Source: Eledone cirrhosa
Taxonomy: Eukaryota
NCBI GenBank assembly: GCA_964016885.1
Contig: OZ024742.1
Span: forward strand, 34,348,001-34,412,000
Direction of reading: 5' to 3'
DNA: 64,000 bases
Positions 40,903-54,342 of this stretch are shown here, one piece after another. Each line of letters opens with the position of its first letter. The stretch's first letter is position 1. A model generated the notes under the pieces. That model was not told the DNA's origin, made no database searches, and was given only the letters and a program-made list of their open reading frames with translations. A program made the position numbers and the translations under genes.

Positions 40903-41072
40903 ACATAATAAACAACACAATATAATTATTCCATTAACGAACGTTTCGAGAAACTAGTTGATTCTTACAGAAGCATCTAGATTGAACGAACAAGCTAGAT
41001 GCTTCTGCAAGAATCAACTAGTTCCTCGAAACCTTCGGTAATGGAATAATTATATTGTGTTGTTTATTATGT
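40903..41072. repeat. Fold-back palindrome (PLE terminal fragment with HHR 3' half)
   Basis: About 78 bp arms; GAAACCTTCGGTA ATGGAATAATT resembles the family C 3' end. Confidence 0.6.
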
Positions 41073-41229
41073 TATTAAATATATATGTATATATTTAATG
41101 GTTTAAGTTTAATATATTATACATATATATGAATATATATATGTATCATATATTAAACTTAAGCCAAAATCTCAATTTGCGGGGGTATAAGCTGGCACGA
41201 CTAAAATAAAAGACAGCTAACGTTATAAA

Positions 41230-41283
<54 letters not shown>

Positions 41284-41285
<2 letters not shown>

Positions 41286-42307
41286 AAATTAAGATAAATT
41301 AAATGAATTTAATCTAAATCGAAATTGTGGGTGTCATGCCATAACGGCGTGCGCCATATCGCCCGGAAAATAAGCTCAAAGATAGGTCCGAGCATTTTAT
41401 AATAACTAGAAATTGATTACCATATATATAAACATGAATAATCACAGGAGATAATGTTTACAAGCGTGTAACCACGCAATGCTAGTTGGGTAACAAATAA
41501 ATAAAGTTGACTAGAACTTCAAAAATAGAAACCTTTTAATATGATTAATCTTCCCTGTATACATTACATCAAAGAAATATATTTCACCAATTAATCAGAT
41601 GGTAAGTCACAGAAAGTGGACATTATTGGACTATCAACAAGGAAGAATAATGTCCAGCAATCCATGCCCACACAGCGAGCCCAAATCCCCAACTGGCCGC
41701 TACCACGTGCTGTGTCTACACACCACAGCAGCCCCGTCCCAGCGGCGTGAACAGGTATTCGACAACCAGAAACAGCAGTCGACTCCCCTCAACAGAAACA
41801 GCTCCACAACCAAGGAGCCGTATCCATATATCTATATCCAAAATTAAGATAAATTAAATGAATTTAATCTAAATCGAAACTGGGTGCCATGCCACAACGG
41901 CGTGCGCCATATCGCCCGGAAAACAAGCTCAAAGATAGGTAAGAGCACCCTACAACAACCAGAAACCGATTACCATACATATAAACATGAACAATCACAG
42001 GAGACAACTTCCACAAGCGTGTAACCACGCATTGCTAGTTGGGTAACAAATAAATAAAGTCGACCAGAACTTCAAAAATAGACACCCCCCAATATGATTA
42101 ATCATATTACCATCTGATTAATTGGTGAAATATATTTCTTTGATGGAATGTATACAGGGAAGATTAATCATATTAAAAGGTATCTATTTTTGAAGTTCTA
42201 GTCAACTTTATTTATTTGTTACCCAACTAGCAATGCGTGGTTACACGCTTGTAAAAATTATCTCCTGTGATTATTCATGTTTATATATATGGTAATCAAT
42301 TTCTAGT

Positions 42308-42312
<5 letters not shown>
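41284..42312 (-). mobile_element. PLE-type insertion: two direct copies plus an inverted arm, in (TA)n; one copy is hypermutated
   Basis: 41284-41550 and 41839-42104 are direct copies. 42108-42312 is an inverted copy of 41399-41605. The PLE identity is inferred from architecture only. Confidence 0.65.
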
Positions 42313-42356
<44 letters not shown>

Positions 42357-42381
42357 TTTAAAAGAATAGAGGTGTAACATC

Positions 42382-42995
42382 TTTTAACATGTTAAAATAT
42401 CCCCCACACACTTACAGACACATTCCTACTGACCATCCCTCTATCACGAATTACTCTGCTACACATACACACACACTTGTCTTAATAGGCATTTGAACTG
42501 TCAACAGGCGGTGGTTCGCACACACATCCCTGCTGACCATTATCACAACAACGAACCTCTTTACCACTACTACACACACACTCATATTTGTTTTGAAAGA
42601 CTTATTTTTCAGTGACTTCTCAATCAGCCGACACAAACCTACATTTGGCGCAAAATCAATTTTTGACATTCACATGACCTCTAACGACCAATCAAAATTG
42701 TTTTGACCACAAGAATTTTTGCAACACGAATTGGCGCAAAACTTATTTTAATACCTCTGGAGCCACTTTTTCACATAAAAACAGGTAGAATTTCCAAAAC
42801 TAATCAGATTAGAGCAAACATCACGGACGCTCTATCTCAAAATTATTTTTGAAAAGCATTAGAAATGCGCAACCGGTAGAACTTAAAACCAAAACTGAAT
42901 ACTAACCAATACTATTACTAATTCTCACTTATTCCTAATTAAACTATTTTTCACTGTGAACAATTTGTCAGCATTTTCTTTTCCGTTTACCAATG
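42382..42995 (+). mobile_element. PLE family D terminal repeat
   Basis: Homologous to 60308-61031 and, inverted, to 58629-59280. Confidence 0.7.
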
Positions 42996-43055
<60 letters not shown>

Positions 43056-43392
43056 AATAGCTCAAAGGAAGAAGTTTCTCTGAGCCGTGCAATATATGTT
43101 TATATCTGTGTTTATCTCTCTTCAATTATATTGCACGGCTCAGAAACACCTCTTTCTTCGAGCTATTTAATTGTAAGAGACTTTTTTGAGTTTCTAACTC
43201 AATATTTACCTTTGATATATTCGGCTCCTTCAAATTATGTTGAGCTAATTTAAATGTCGAGTAAACTTGGCTGCTATTTTTAGTAACGTACGTTTATGAG
43301 ACACGCTAGGTTCTGATGCCCTGTGCGTTATTTTATATTCGCACACTATTCAGTCTTTTGAGATACTTAGAAGTGAAGTGATTACTAATTTT

Positions 43393-43469
43393 ACACCCAC
43401 TGATGAGCAAATAATTGGTAATTTCCTTCGCTAATATTGCGAAACAGCCAACCAAAGCTGTCTGGGTGT
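43393..43469 (+). ncRNA. Canonical type I HHR within fold-back element about 43055-43580
   Basis: ACACCCA CTGATGA GCAA...TTGC GAAAC AGC-CAACCAAA-GCT GTC TGGGTGT, with a 7 bp stem I and a GUC site. Confidence 0.85.
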
Positions 43470-43579
43470 TCAGGCAGTTGCCCAATTGTATTCTTTTTCT
43501 TGATTTATTATTTTAAATTGAGTCTGGAAAACCATATTATTAAGAGTAATTTTTTTTCACCCTAGCGGACTTGGTCCCT

Positions 43580-43726
<147 letters not shown>

Positions 43727-44259
43727 AAATCTGATTAACATAGAGTTTTCAAGTCGATAGGCGTAGGGGATATAATTTTTTTTAGGGTGTTTTTTGTCTC
43801 CTTTTTTTTTACACTTTATTGATATTCTTGCAATCCCATCCCAGCTAGTTGCATAAATAATCTGTAATTTAGTAATAATGGGAAAGGGGATAGAGCCGGA
43901 CAAAGAAAGCTGTTTCCACTGGACTTTCCATTGCTGATACTATCAGCCGGCCTCGTTAATTAAACGGAATATTTTGTGTCAGTTTAAAGATTACTTATTT
44001 TTTTAGTATTATTCCAGATTTAAATATCATCTATTTAAGTAATACTGATTAGATATGGTATTGTATGTGTTACGACGAATGATATATGTGTGTACGTAAT
44101 GGGAGATATAACACGTACATGCAATGATTTATAACATGAAGGGTCAATGGAATACTAGGAGATTATATATGTTAATATTGCCATTTATTTCTAAAACTCA
44201 TCATATATATATATATATAATTAAACATACGGTATATTAACAAATATACTATGCATAAA

Positions 44260-44313
<54 letters not shown>

Positions 44314-44380
44314 CATACATACATAAGTGTGGGGGGGGGGGGTCCGTATGTTTATGTATATACAGGTCTGTGTATATGTA

Positions 44381-44438
<58 letters not shown>

Positions 44439-45266
44439 TATAAGTGGGTGGGTGGGTGTGCGTATGTATGTTTATGTATATACATGTCTATGTATATGCA
44501 TATATATATATACATCGTTGCGTATATTTCAGTTACGTCAAATCTATAATTCCCTATTGTTTTATGTCATCAGCCTGTAGTCCAATGCACATTCCCAGTT
44601 ATCTCTGCAATACATATTTGTCTAACATTTACTATTTTCCCATTCAATAATTCATATTCGTTTTATAGGCTTTCTTTATCTTCAGTCTTTCGGGGCTATT
44701 GTTTGAACTGTGAACCATGCCAAACTGTAAATTTATTTTTGACTTCGTGTTATATTGGTGTACAGTGAGTGTGTGTAATGGTAGAACAATGGTTTAGACT
44801 CATTGAGGTATTTAGTTAACGATCCTGGCGTTTGCGTTCAAATCACGCTGATCTCCAACTATCTCATTCATTCCTTCGAGACGGTTTTATTATGCACCAC
44901 GCCCCTGTGTGCTTTTAGCGGAGTCCTATTTGCTGAAAGCTTTCAGTATAAGGGTAACGAAAATGGTCATAGACACAGCCCTTCCTTCTGATTAATCGAT
45001 AAAAATACAAAAAGGCAAAACATATTCAACTATATCAAGAGACAAACTGATTGGCGTGGACACAGCTAGTATTTTTGTGTTAATTGACATACTCAGACTG
45101 AACAGATTTTGGTCTATCATATAACACTGACAATACTAATGTGACGAAATATCTCAGTACTGCACATCACTTCTATATATTACATTCTACCACATTTCAT
45201 TACGCAGTAAAACACTTCATACTGTAGAGCACTTACGCCACATCAAACTCTATCACATTATATCAT

Positions 45267-45582
45267 TGAGTTCAAATCCCGCCGAGGTTGACTTTGCCTT
45301 TCATCCTTACGGGGTCGATAAAATAAAGTACCAGTAATGCACTGGGTAATTGCTGGCCTTGTGCCTAAAGTAGAAACAATTATATCATAGGAAGCGTTGA
45401 ATTGGCAGTATCGGTAGAGGGTTGGACGCCATGCTTTCCAGCATAGTTACGTCCCTTCACGGTCTGATTTCAAATCCCATCGAGGTTAACTCTGCCTTTC
45501 TTCCTTACAGGCTCGATAAAATAAAGTACCAGTAATGTACTGGGTAATTGCTGGCCTTGTGTCAAAAGTAGAAACAATTATA
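45267..45582 (+). mobile_element. Two tandem SINE copies (one truncated, one full)
   Basis: A box TGGCAGTATCGG, B box GAGTTCAAATCC, central GCCTTTCATCCTTACGGGGTCGATAAAATAAAGTACCAG (Meta-like domain). Confidence 0.85.
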
Positions 45583-45991
45583 TAATAGGAAGCCCCTAAC
45601 ATGGTCACCTGACCTACAAAATATATATAACGTTTGATAATGCGGTTCCCTACATTGTCCGAAACTAAAAGAGGATGATTATGGTTGGAAGCCGCTGATC
45701 TGCTGTAACATTAATGGGCCATAACACTGCTCTCTTTTCTCAGATTAAACAGTAAAAAATACCTACTTTAGTATACGATACTGTAGTATACCCTCCTAAT
45801 ATATATCACAATATATCACAGAACACTATACTACTTCACTTCAATATTACTACACAAATGTCTTCTATTTTATTGTTATCTACAGATCTCTAACTAACAT
45901 TAAAACAAAACACTATATCATAATGCACTGCATCTAATTTATACAACACATTACTATATGAAGCATTACAAAACTTGTCTATATAACATTA

Positions 45992-46378
45992 TTTTGGCAG
46001 TAACGGTAGAGGGTCAGATGCCATGCTTTGAAGCATAGAGTTACGCCCCTTTATGATCTGAGTTCAAATCTCGCTGAGGTTAACTTTGCCTTTCATCCTT
46101 ACGGCGTCGATAAAATAAAGTACCAGTAATGTACTGGGTAATTGCTGGCCTTGTGCCAAACGTAGAAACAATTATTTTACGATTACATGGCGGGGATTGG
46201 CAGTATTGGTAGAGAGTCAGACACCATGCTTTGACGCATAGAGTTACGGCCCTTTCCATTCTGAGTACAAATCCCACCGAGGTCAACTTTGCCTTTCATC
46301 CTTACGGGGTCGATAAAATAAAATACCAGTAATGTACTGGGTAATTGCCTGCCTTGTGCCAAAAGTAGTAACAATTAT
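45992..46378 (+). mobile_element. Two tandem full SINE copies
   Basis: Same consensus. The second copy is flanked by ACAATTATTTTACGA.TACA repeats. Confidence 0.85.
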
Positions 46379-47662
46379 TTTACGAGTACAATGTTTCATT
46401 TAGCTTATAATCCTATAAAAATATCCGTAGCGACAGCAACCCAAGTGTTGTTCAAATATATTAATAGATCCCTTGGTGTCATGATAGGTCCTTGGATACC
46501 ATATTGAAAACCGATTACTGCTTTCTACACTATCGTAATTAGAAATTGCCTGCAGTAATAGTGTAATTCAAGTCATTTATTTTTTCTGTCCACCATTTTA
46601 GGCTTGTCAACATTTTAGAATGTCTAAATAGATTGATTGATAAGTTTAGTTGGAAAATGAGGTTTGAAGGCGTAATAAGAGAGTAAGAGAGACGGGAAGA
46701 GTGGTTGAATAGAAGGAGAAAGTGGGGAAAGGTTGTATTTTGATATTAAGTCTAAACATTATATTAATAACATGGCGGGGAGAAAGAAAATAAAGGAAAA
46801 GTAAATGAATGGAGGGAAAAGTGTATAGATAGATAAATGGATAAGTAGATAGGTAGTCAGGCAGACAGCTAGGTAGAGAGATAGATAGTCAAGGAATGTA
46901 GGTAGAGAGACATTTAGATAGGTGGAGAGATAGATGTGTGATGACGGAAAAAGGAAAATTGAGCGATTGGTGAAAATCAGAAGTTAACAAGTTATATAGG
47001 AAATATATGTAAAACAGAATGAGAAAAATATGAAGAAAATGAAATATAACAACGTAAAAGAAAAAGAAGAAATGAATAAAAGAATAGGTGTAATACGTTG
47101 GGAAAATAACAGAAAGTAAGCGAAAATGAAATATAGAATGAAATGACTGGTAATTAGAGGATATTTAGAGAGAAAGGTTTGGGAAATATAGTCAGAAATT
47201 TAGACTATAAATTGGAGGGAAAGCGAGAAGAAGGAGAAAATAGAGAGTGAGAGAAATAGCAAACAGATAAATATAGAAAACATTGAAAATAGTGAGATAA
47301 AGACAAGGAACTAGAACAGATAAAGAAACGAATTAACAAAGAAAAAAAAGTTGACTGTGAACAAAGAGGATAATGGTGAGAAATTAGACTGTGAGTTATA
47401 CTGAATGTGTTGAAGACAGGAGAAATATGAGATGATATTAGAATAATATAACAAAAAGAAACAAAAACAAAACAAGGGATAGTGAAATATTGAATATTGA
47501 AAGGAAATAAAAGACAATTAATAAGGAGAGAAAGAGAGTGTGTGTGTGTGTGTTTGAGGGAGAGAGAGAGAGAGAGAATAAGAGAGAGAAAGAGAGAGTG
47601 TGTGTGTGTGTGTTTGAGGGAGAGAGAGAGTAAAAGAGAGAGGGTGTATGTGTGTGTGTATT

Positions 47663-47747
<85 letters not shown>

Positions 47748-47844
47748 GATGTTTTAAGATGTCAATGCAATATAATTAATATACAGTAGAGACTGGGCAC
47801 AAAACTCGGAGATGAAAAAATTGATGCCCCCTCACCATTCCCCA

Positions 47845-48220
47845 CATCATCATCATCACCATCATTGAAAATCTTTTTTTCCATGCTAGCATGAGCTGGA
47901 CGATTTCTGCCGGACCAAGCCAATAATAAATGGGAGTCATTGCCGGCATAGACTGAGCAGAGGGCCACATCTCACATAAATTATGTTCATTACAGAGTAC
48001 ATTTTATCGCTTCCTTTACATGATGTGCATTTTATCGTGATATTAGCACTGAGATTGTAATTCATTTGACAACGCTGAACATTCCTCTTAAATTTGGTAT
48101 GCTTTCTACGGTTAGATGCCTTTCCTAACATCAATCATTTGACGTGCAATTTTGTGGCACCAGCACTAGGGAAGTAGTCATATCCTTGGCACCACTGAAG
48201 TTTCCTGTCGTTTTCAAGTA
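47845..48220 (-). mobile_element. Degraded SINE/LINE 3' portion with (GAT)n tail
   Basis: Minus strand ends CATGCTAGCATGGAAAA...(GAT)n. Confidence 0.4.
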
Positions 48221-48969
48221 CATTTTCTACAGCTGTATACCCAACTTAATATTAACCACTTCACAGCGTGTACTGGATAAATTGTTCGTAATAACAGTAC
48301 TAGAGCGGTGGTGGTGTCGGTGACAGGCGTTTGTGGATTACAAATGCTGAATATATTGAGATAGTCGAAGACTAAACTCGGAGGGAAGCAAATGATCTGG
48401 TAGGATTGTAAAAAGTAATATAAATAGTTCAAATGGTGAAATATGCTCCATATAAGAACACGAAATGAAACCTAACGTCCCAAGAGTTTTTAATCCTTTG
48501 GTCAGAAATACAAAAATCCCCAGCAACTTAATGTTATCACAAAACTGCGATTGAATAAAATTGCGAATGAAAAAAAGAAGTTGAAAAGCAATGTGAATAT
48601 ATAGTTGAAGGAAACAACAAACAGATGCAGACTTATTAGTTTCACGCTTTATATGGAAAATGGAAAAGAAAGTTAGACGTTTCGGATTTTAGTCCTTCTT
48701 TAGGAGTACAAAAATAGAGACAGAATCACAAAGGATAGACAGAGAAAATAAAGTAAAAAAAAAAAATAAATAACGTGATTAAACAAGACAAACCGTAAGG
48801 TAGTCTTGGTAACGATTTTGGAACGCAAAGTGAAGTGTGTGTGTATTAGCGTCGATTTTATGTGTGAGTGTATGTGTATGTTTAGATGTGTGTATTTTCA
48901 AGGTATATGTGTGTGTAAAGTATCTGGCAGTGTTAGCGTACTTCCGTGAGATGTGTGTATTTATATGTA

Positions 48970-49070
<101 letters not shown>

Positions 49071-49280
49071 TGTGTTGTTAAAGGGATATTTTCAGTACGG
49101 CATTCTGTTGTTTTAATTCAATAAATATTTAACTCCGCTCTTGCACCAACCACGAGATCTAACATCTACGATGGATGAATTGCATAACGTCGAGTGCTTT
49201 TCTAACTATACACGGTAATTAACTAAACGGAATTACCAGTTCTACCCATTGGTTAACCGCACAACATAAATGTGTGTGTG

Positions 49281-49327
<47 letters not shown>

Positions 49328-49330
<3 letters not shown>

Positions 49331-49483
49331 TGGTAACACAACAGTTAGTTGACCATACCGAGAACAATTGTTTCACCATATGCGAATCTTCAGCTCGCAC
49401 TAACTGCTGTGTTACCACTTCTACCAAACTCGTCCCATGGACTGAGTGCTCTACCACTACGGATGTTACCTTCCAGTGTTCTA

Positions 49484-49487
<4 letters not shown>
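49328..49487. mobile_element. Short fold-back element in (TA)n with an HHR-like motif in the loop
   Basis: Arms AAGTGGTAACACAACAGTTAGT / ACTAACTGCTGTGTTACCACTT. Minus strand 49359-49397 reads CGAG CTGAAGA ... GAAAC AATT GTT CTCG with a weak stem II. Confidence 0.5.
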
Positions 49488-49523
<36 letters not shown>

Positions 49524-49618
49524 CATAGCGGCGTTGTGAAGAGTCACTAAACTGCACGGGCCGATACGAACACGTCGGTTCAAAACAATAGCGATAATAA
49601 TAAGAATAATCATAGTAA

Positions 49619-49807
49619 TAATTGTTTCTATTTTTTGGCACAAGGCCAGCAATTATCCCAGTGTATTACTGGTACTTTATTTTATCGACCCCATAAGGAT
49701 GAAAGACAAAGTTAACCTCGGCGGGATTTGAACTCAGTCCGTAAAGGGAAGTAACTCTTTGCTGCAAAGCATGGCGTCCGACCCTCTATCGATACTGCCA
49801 ATCCACC
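49619..49807 (-). mobile_element. tRNA-derived SINE
   Basis: Family consensus; direct repeat CATAGTAATAAT. Confidence 0.85.
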
Positions 49808-49920
49808 ATAGTAATAATGATATTAAAAGTCACAGTTAAAAACATATAACATTGGATCTATATGCAGTATAAGAGCCCTGAATGCTATGCAGGTTTAGCT
49901 GGCATACCACACCGACCCAT

Positions 49921-49975
<55 letters not shown>

Positions 49976-50087
49976 TCTCTCAAACATTTCATACAGAAAG
50001 ATATGTAGGGACAGAGCGAAGGAGAGAAAGAAGGGAAGATAGACAAACAGACAGATTCGATAGATAGATAATAGATAGATAGATATA

Positions 50088-52058
50088 TTTCTTTATTTGC
50101 CACAAGAGCGCACAAGAAAGGGGGACAATACCAAGACACATGCCGGGGATTTTACATGCAGTCGTGTAAAAAAAATATAAAACAAACAATTATAACAATC
50201 GAAACCTCCAATAGATGGGAGACGCCACAAATGGGTTGTTTAATACCCCGTCGATAGAACAACCCTCAACTTCAGGAGCGTGTTGTGCAAGTGCTCCCTT
50301 CTTCCTTTTGCTCTCTTCTTTAACCTACATCTTATAAATAGAGAAGGCCCAATCACTCGGGCCATTTTCGCTTCAATTACCCACCTTTCAGTAAATTTAC
50401 TGGGGTGCAGTGCCTCTCTCTCCAGTCTGATTCTTCTTCTAAAGTGATATTTAAAGAAGGGAATCAATTGTTGTCCGGGGAGAAAGGCATCTGTCCTCAG
50501 TCCTCTCAATCTTGTCCACCATATAACTTCTTTCACCATAGCCACTGTACAGAGGAAAACCGCCACTCTTTCGTTTTTGAAAGAGGCTGGTGGTTTGATC
50601 CTTACTATGGACTCAGCAGTCAACTGGATTTGTGCCATACGCGACAGCAGTTGTTCCGCGTAGTTACACAGGTCACTTATGCCCGGGCAGTGTACAATTG
50701 CGTGCAAGATGGTTCCGATGTCATGCTCGCATCTTGATCACGTCCTCTTGGAAGGATCCCTGCCGTGGCGTCCGTGCCTGTAGATCTTATCTCGAACGGG
50801 TAGAGCTCCTCGGTAGAACTGCCAGGCCAGGGAACTCTGGAAGTTGTTCATAGGTCCCAGGCGGAAAGTCCTACCGAACAGACTGGTGAGCTCGTCGTCT
50901 CCGACGCCTAGAGTCTCCCCGAGCACGTCGTCGCACTTGTAAAGTACTAACCCCCTATAGAATGTTGACGTGGAATCTCCACTGATTGAAGTGCCCGCTT
51001 GACAGAGGACTGTGAGCGCCTGGGTGCATTCAATGTGCCAGGCGCCCATCTTCTTCGGTCTTCGCTTGACCCAGCACTGCAGCTCCGTCAGCGAGGCAAG
51101 TTGTCGGAAGGCCTGTCTCACAAACGATGCCAACACTGGTTGTGCGATGAGGAATACCTGAAGATGCCGTAGCCTCAGCGCATGTTTGCGCATCATTAGC
51201 CACGGCATGCCCAGCCCTCTGTTGGAAGGGTGTTGACAGCAGACGGATCTCCTCACCAGTGGGGCCTGCTTCTTCCACAGGAACTGGAAGAGCATGCGTT
51301 CCATCTTGGTGAGGTATTCACGGGGACAAAGCATGACTGTCAAGCGGTAGTAGATGACAGACGCTATGAAAGTGTTCGCCACCTCCGCTCGACCTTTCAA
51401 AGACAGTTTGCACTCTGCCCACTTCTGGGTGAGCGCAAATACTTTGGTCATGACCTCCTTCTAGTTTTTCTCCACCTGGAGGTTTGGACCGAACCAGACC
51501 CCGAGCAATTTCACCAGTCCTTCCGTCCAGCGTCCGATAACGCTGTCGGACGGTATCGGTTTGCCTCTCCACGTTCCGAGTTGCAAACCGACAGACTTGT
51601 CCGGGTTCTGTTTTGCTTCTGTGAACCTTTCGTATTCCTGTAGTAGGTTGCCGATTACCTCGATTTCCGAGGTTTTCGACACCATTACCGTCACGTCGTC
51701 GGCATAAGCCGACGCCGCTTTTCTCAGTCCCAGTTCTAAAGGGAAGCCCTGCAAAAGTTCCAACTTCCGCAGTAGTGGCTCTAGAGTCAATACGTATGGA
51801 GGAGAGAGGGCATCCCTGTCGAATGGAACGCGTGATTGCGAACGGCTCCGATAGGTAGCCGTTCAACTTGACCCTCGAGCAGATGCTGGTGTGCATCGCC
51901 TTGATCCAGCCTCTGAAAACGGGACCGAAACCGGCCGCCTTGAGAACCGCTTCCAAGTCGACCCTATCGAATGCCTTAGACTGATCTAAATTAATCAGAT
52001 CCCCACCGAAGCCGGGTTTACACCCCACCCTCTCTGTGATGTATCGCATGAGGTGGAG
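50088..52058 (-). mobile_element. L1/Tx1 5'-truncated copy (RT C-terminal half to 3' UTR)
   Basis: LINLDQSKAFDRV, IRQGCPLS, AYADDV, SLKGRAEVAN; (GATA)n on both sides. Confidence 0.92.
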
Positions 52059-52126
<68 letters not shown>

Positions 52127-52679
52127 TGATAGATAGATAGATAGATTGATAGATAGATAGATAGATAGATAGTAAAATAGAAATTAATTGGAAGAGTGAA
52201 GTAGAGATAAATTAATGTTTAATTTGATGGGAATTGTTGCGTAGATATGGGTTCATGTCGAACTGAAATTTGATTCAGAGCCATAAAGTTTCTATTGGCG
52301 TTTCCCAAGTGATTTACTGAATTCATGATCTTCACAACTCTCCAGTTTCCTCTAGCTTCTAGTAAAACTGTAAAACTCCGGCTAAGTTATTTGAGAACGC
52401 CTTTAACTACATGAGGTCAAAGAGCTAATGCTATATATTGTACGAATGCGTTCTGGTGATAATTGTCCATTCTGAGATTTTCTCTATTCATGTTTCAAAG
52501 TTCGGCTTAGATATCTAATATCGCTATATATATTCATTTATACTTTTATTCGTTTCAGCCATTAGACTGCGACCATGCAATGAATATATATATATGTATA
52601 CATACATACATACATACATATATGTATACAAACATACATACATATATATATATATATGTACATACATACACACACATGC

Positions 52680-52729
<50 letters not shown>

Positions 52730-53123
52730 ATGTGTATGCGTGTATACATATACACACTCACACGCATGACATACATATATATATATACATATACATGCAA
52801 TTATATGTGTGCGCGCGTATGCAGATGCGTGTATCAGTAGCAGTGAGCATGCGTATAGATATTCTGTGAATAGACGTGTATGTTCTGAAATACATGTTTA
52901 TTTGTACGTATATTATCTGTAAAGGAGAAAAAGTCTTTCAAGTAGATTTGCATGTTAGAAGGGAATTAATTTGCAAGCCAATCTTATTCACTTTTATCAA
53001 AAACAGTAATTCAAAACACTGCCATGCAACAAAGACACGTACATACAAGTTGAACCACACATACATATCATATTATCATTATATATACGTATCCCTCTCA
53101 CTAGCCATCCCCCCTCTCTCTCA

Positions 53124-53191
<68 letters not shown>

Positions 53192-53218
53192 TTATCTATC
53201 TCTCACTTCCTCTCTGTT

Positions 53219-53299
<81 letters not shown>

Positions 53300-53325
53300 T
53301 TATACATATATTTATTTACGTATTC

Positions 53326-53416
<91 letters not shown>

Positions 53417-53557
53417 GTATATATATATATTCATGGGGTTATAAGAGGCTTAGCTCTGTTTCTCGACCGTTATATCGCGTGACTATCTCTCCCTCCGCCT
53501 TTTGGGATTCTTTCTCACGTCATGTAGACGCGTTCTTGAAGCTAGTAAAATGAGGTA

Positions 53558-53647
53558 TCCTCTTGATAAGTCGGCAGACCTCGCAAGGACTCTATATCTT
53601 TATGATATATTGTTTTTGTTTATGCCACGAAACTACGTAGTCGAGGA
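53558..53647 (+). ncRNA. Type I HHR, U3:A8 core variant (unrelated to family A)
   Basis: TCCTC TTGATAA GT(C)GGCA...TGCCAC GAAAC TACGTA GTC GAGGA. Confidence 0.72.
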
Positions 53648-53927
53648 ATCTAGGAGCAGTTTAGGTATGATACATCTTATTACTAATTATATCTAAATGT
53701 TTCTTCTCTCTTCATAATGTATTTTTAACTCTGATACTGGTTCAGTCTAATTCAACCGGATTGGTCTGTCCCAGTCATTCATTGAGCAACATCGGTAAGG
53801 TTGGCACCATTGACTCACGTTTGGGTGTGGATGCATTCATGTATATGTGTGTGTCCGCATGTATCTGTGTGTTTCTAAATATATTGTTATATTTATATAT
53901 ATATATTTGTGTGTGCATGTCTACATT

Positions 53928-53972
<45 letters not shown>

Positions 53973-54053
53973 CATGTGTGTGTATACACACACACATATA
54001 TACACATAGTGATTGATCTCTGAGAGTACTCTATGAGATGACTATCAAAGATT

Positions 54054-54272
54054 AGTAGAATTAATGAATATTAATCTGAAATTCCGCCAATATAAATTGA
54101 CAATCTAATCTGTGTCACTATCATTCCTTCAACAAAATGAATTGACAGAGTTATTGTGTCTATTTGATTAGATATTTCTAGGTTTAAGGATTTCTCTTGG
54201 TGAAAGTTGTTTTTTTCTTTTTTTTAGAGAGAGTGGGTGACTAAGAGAGAGAGAGAGAGAGAGAGATAGAGT

Positions 54273-54342
<70 letters not shown>

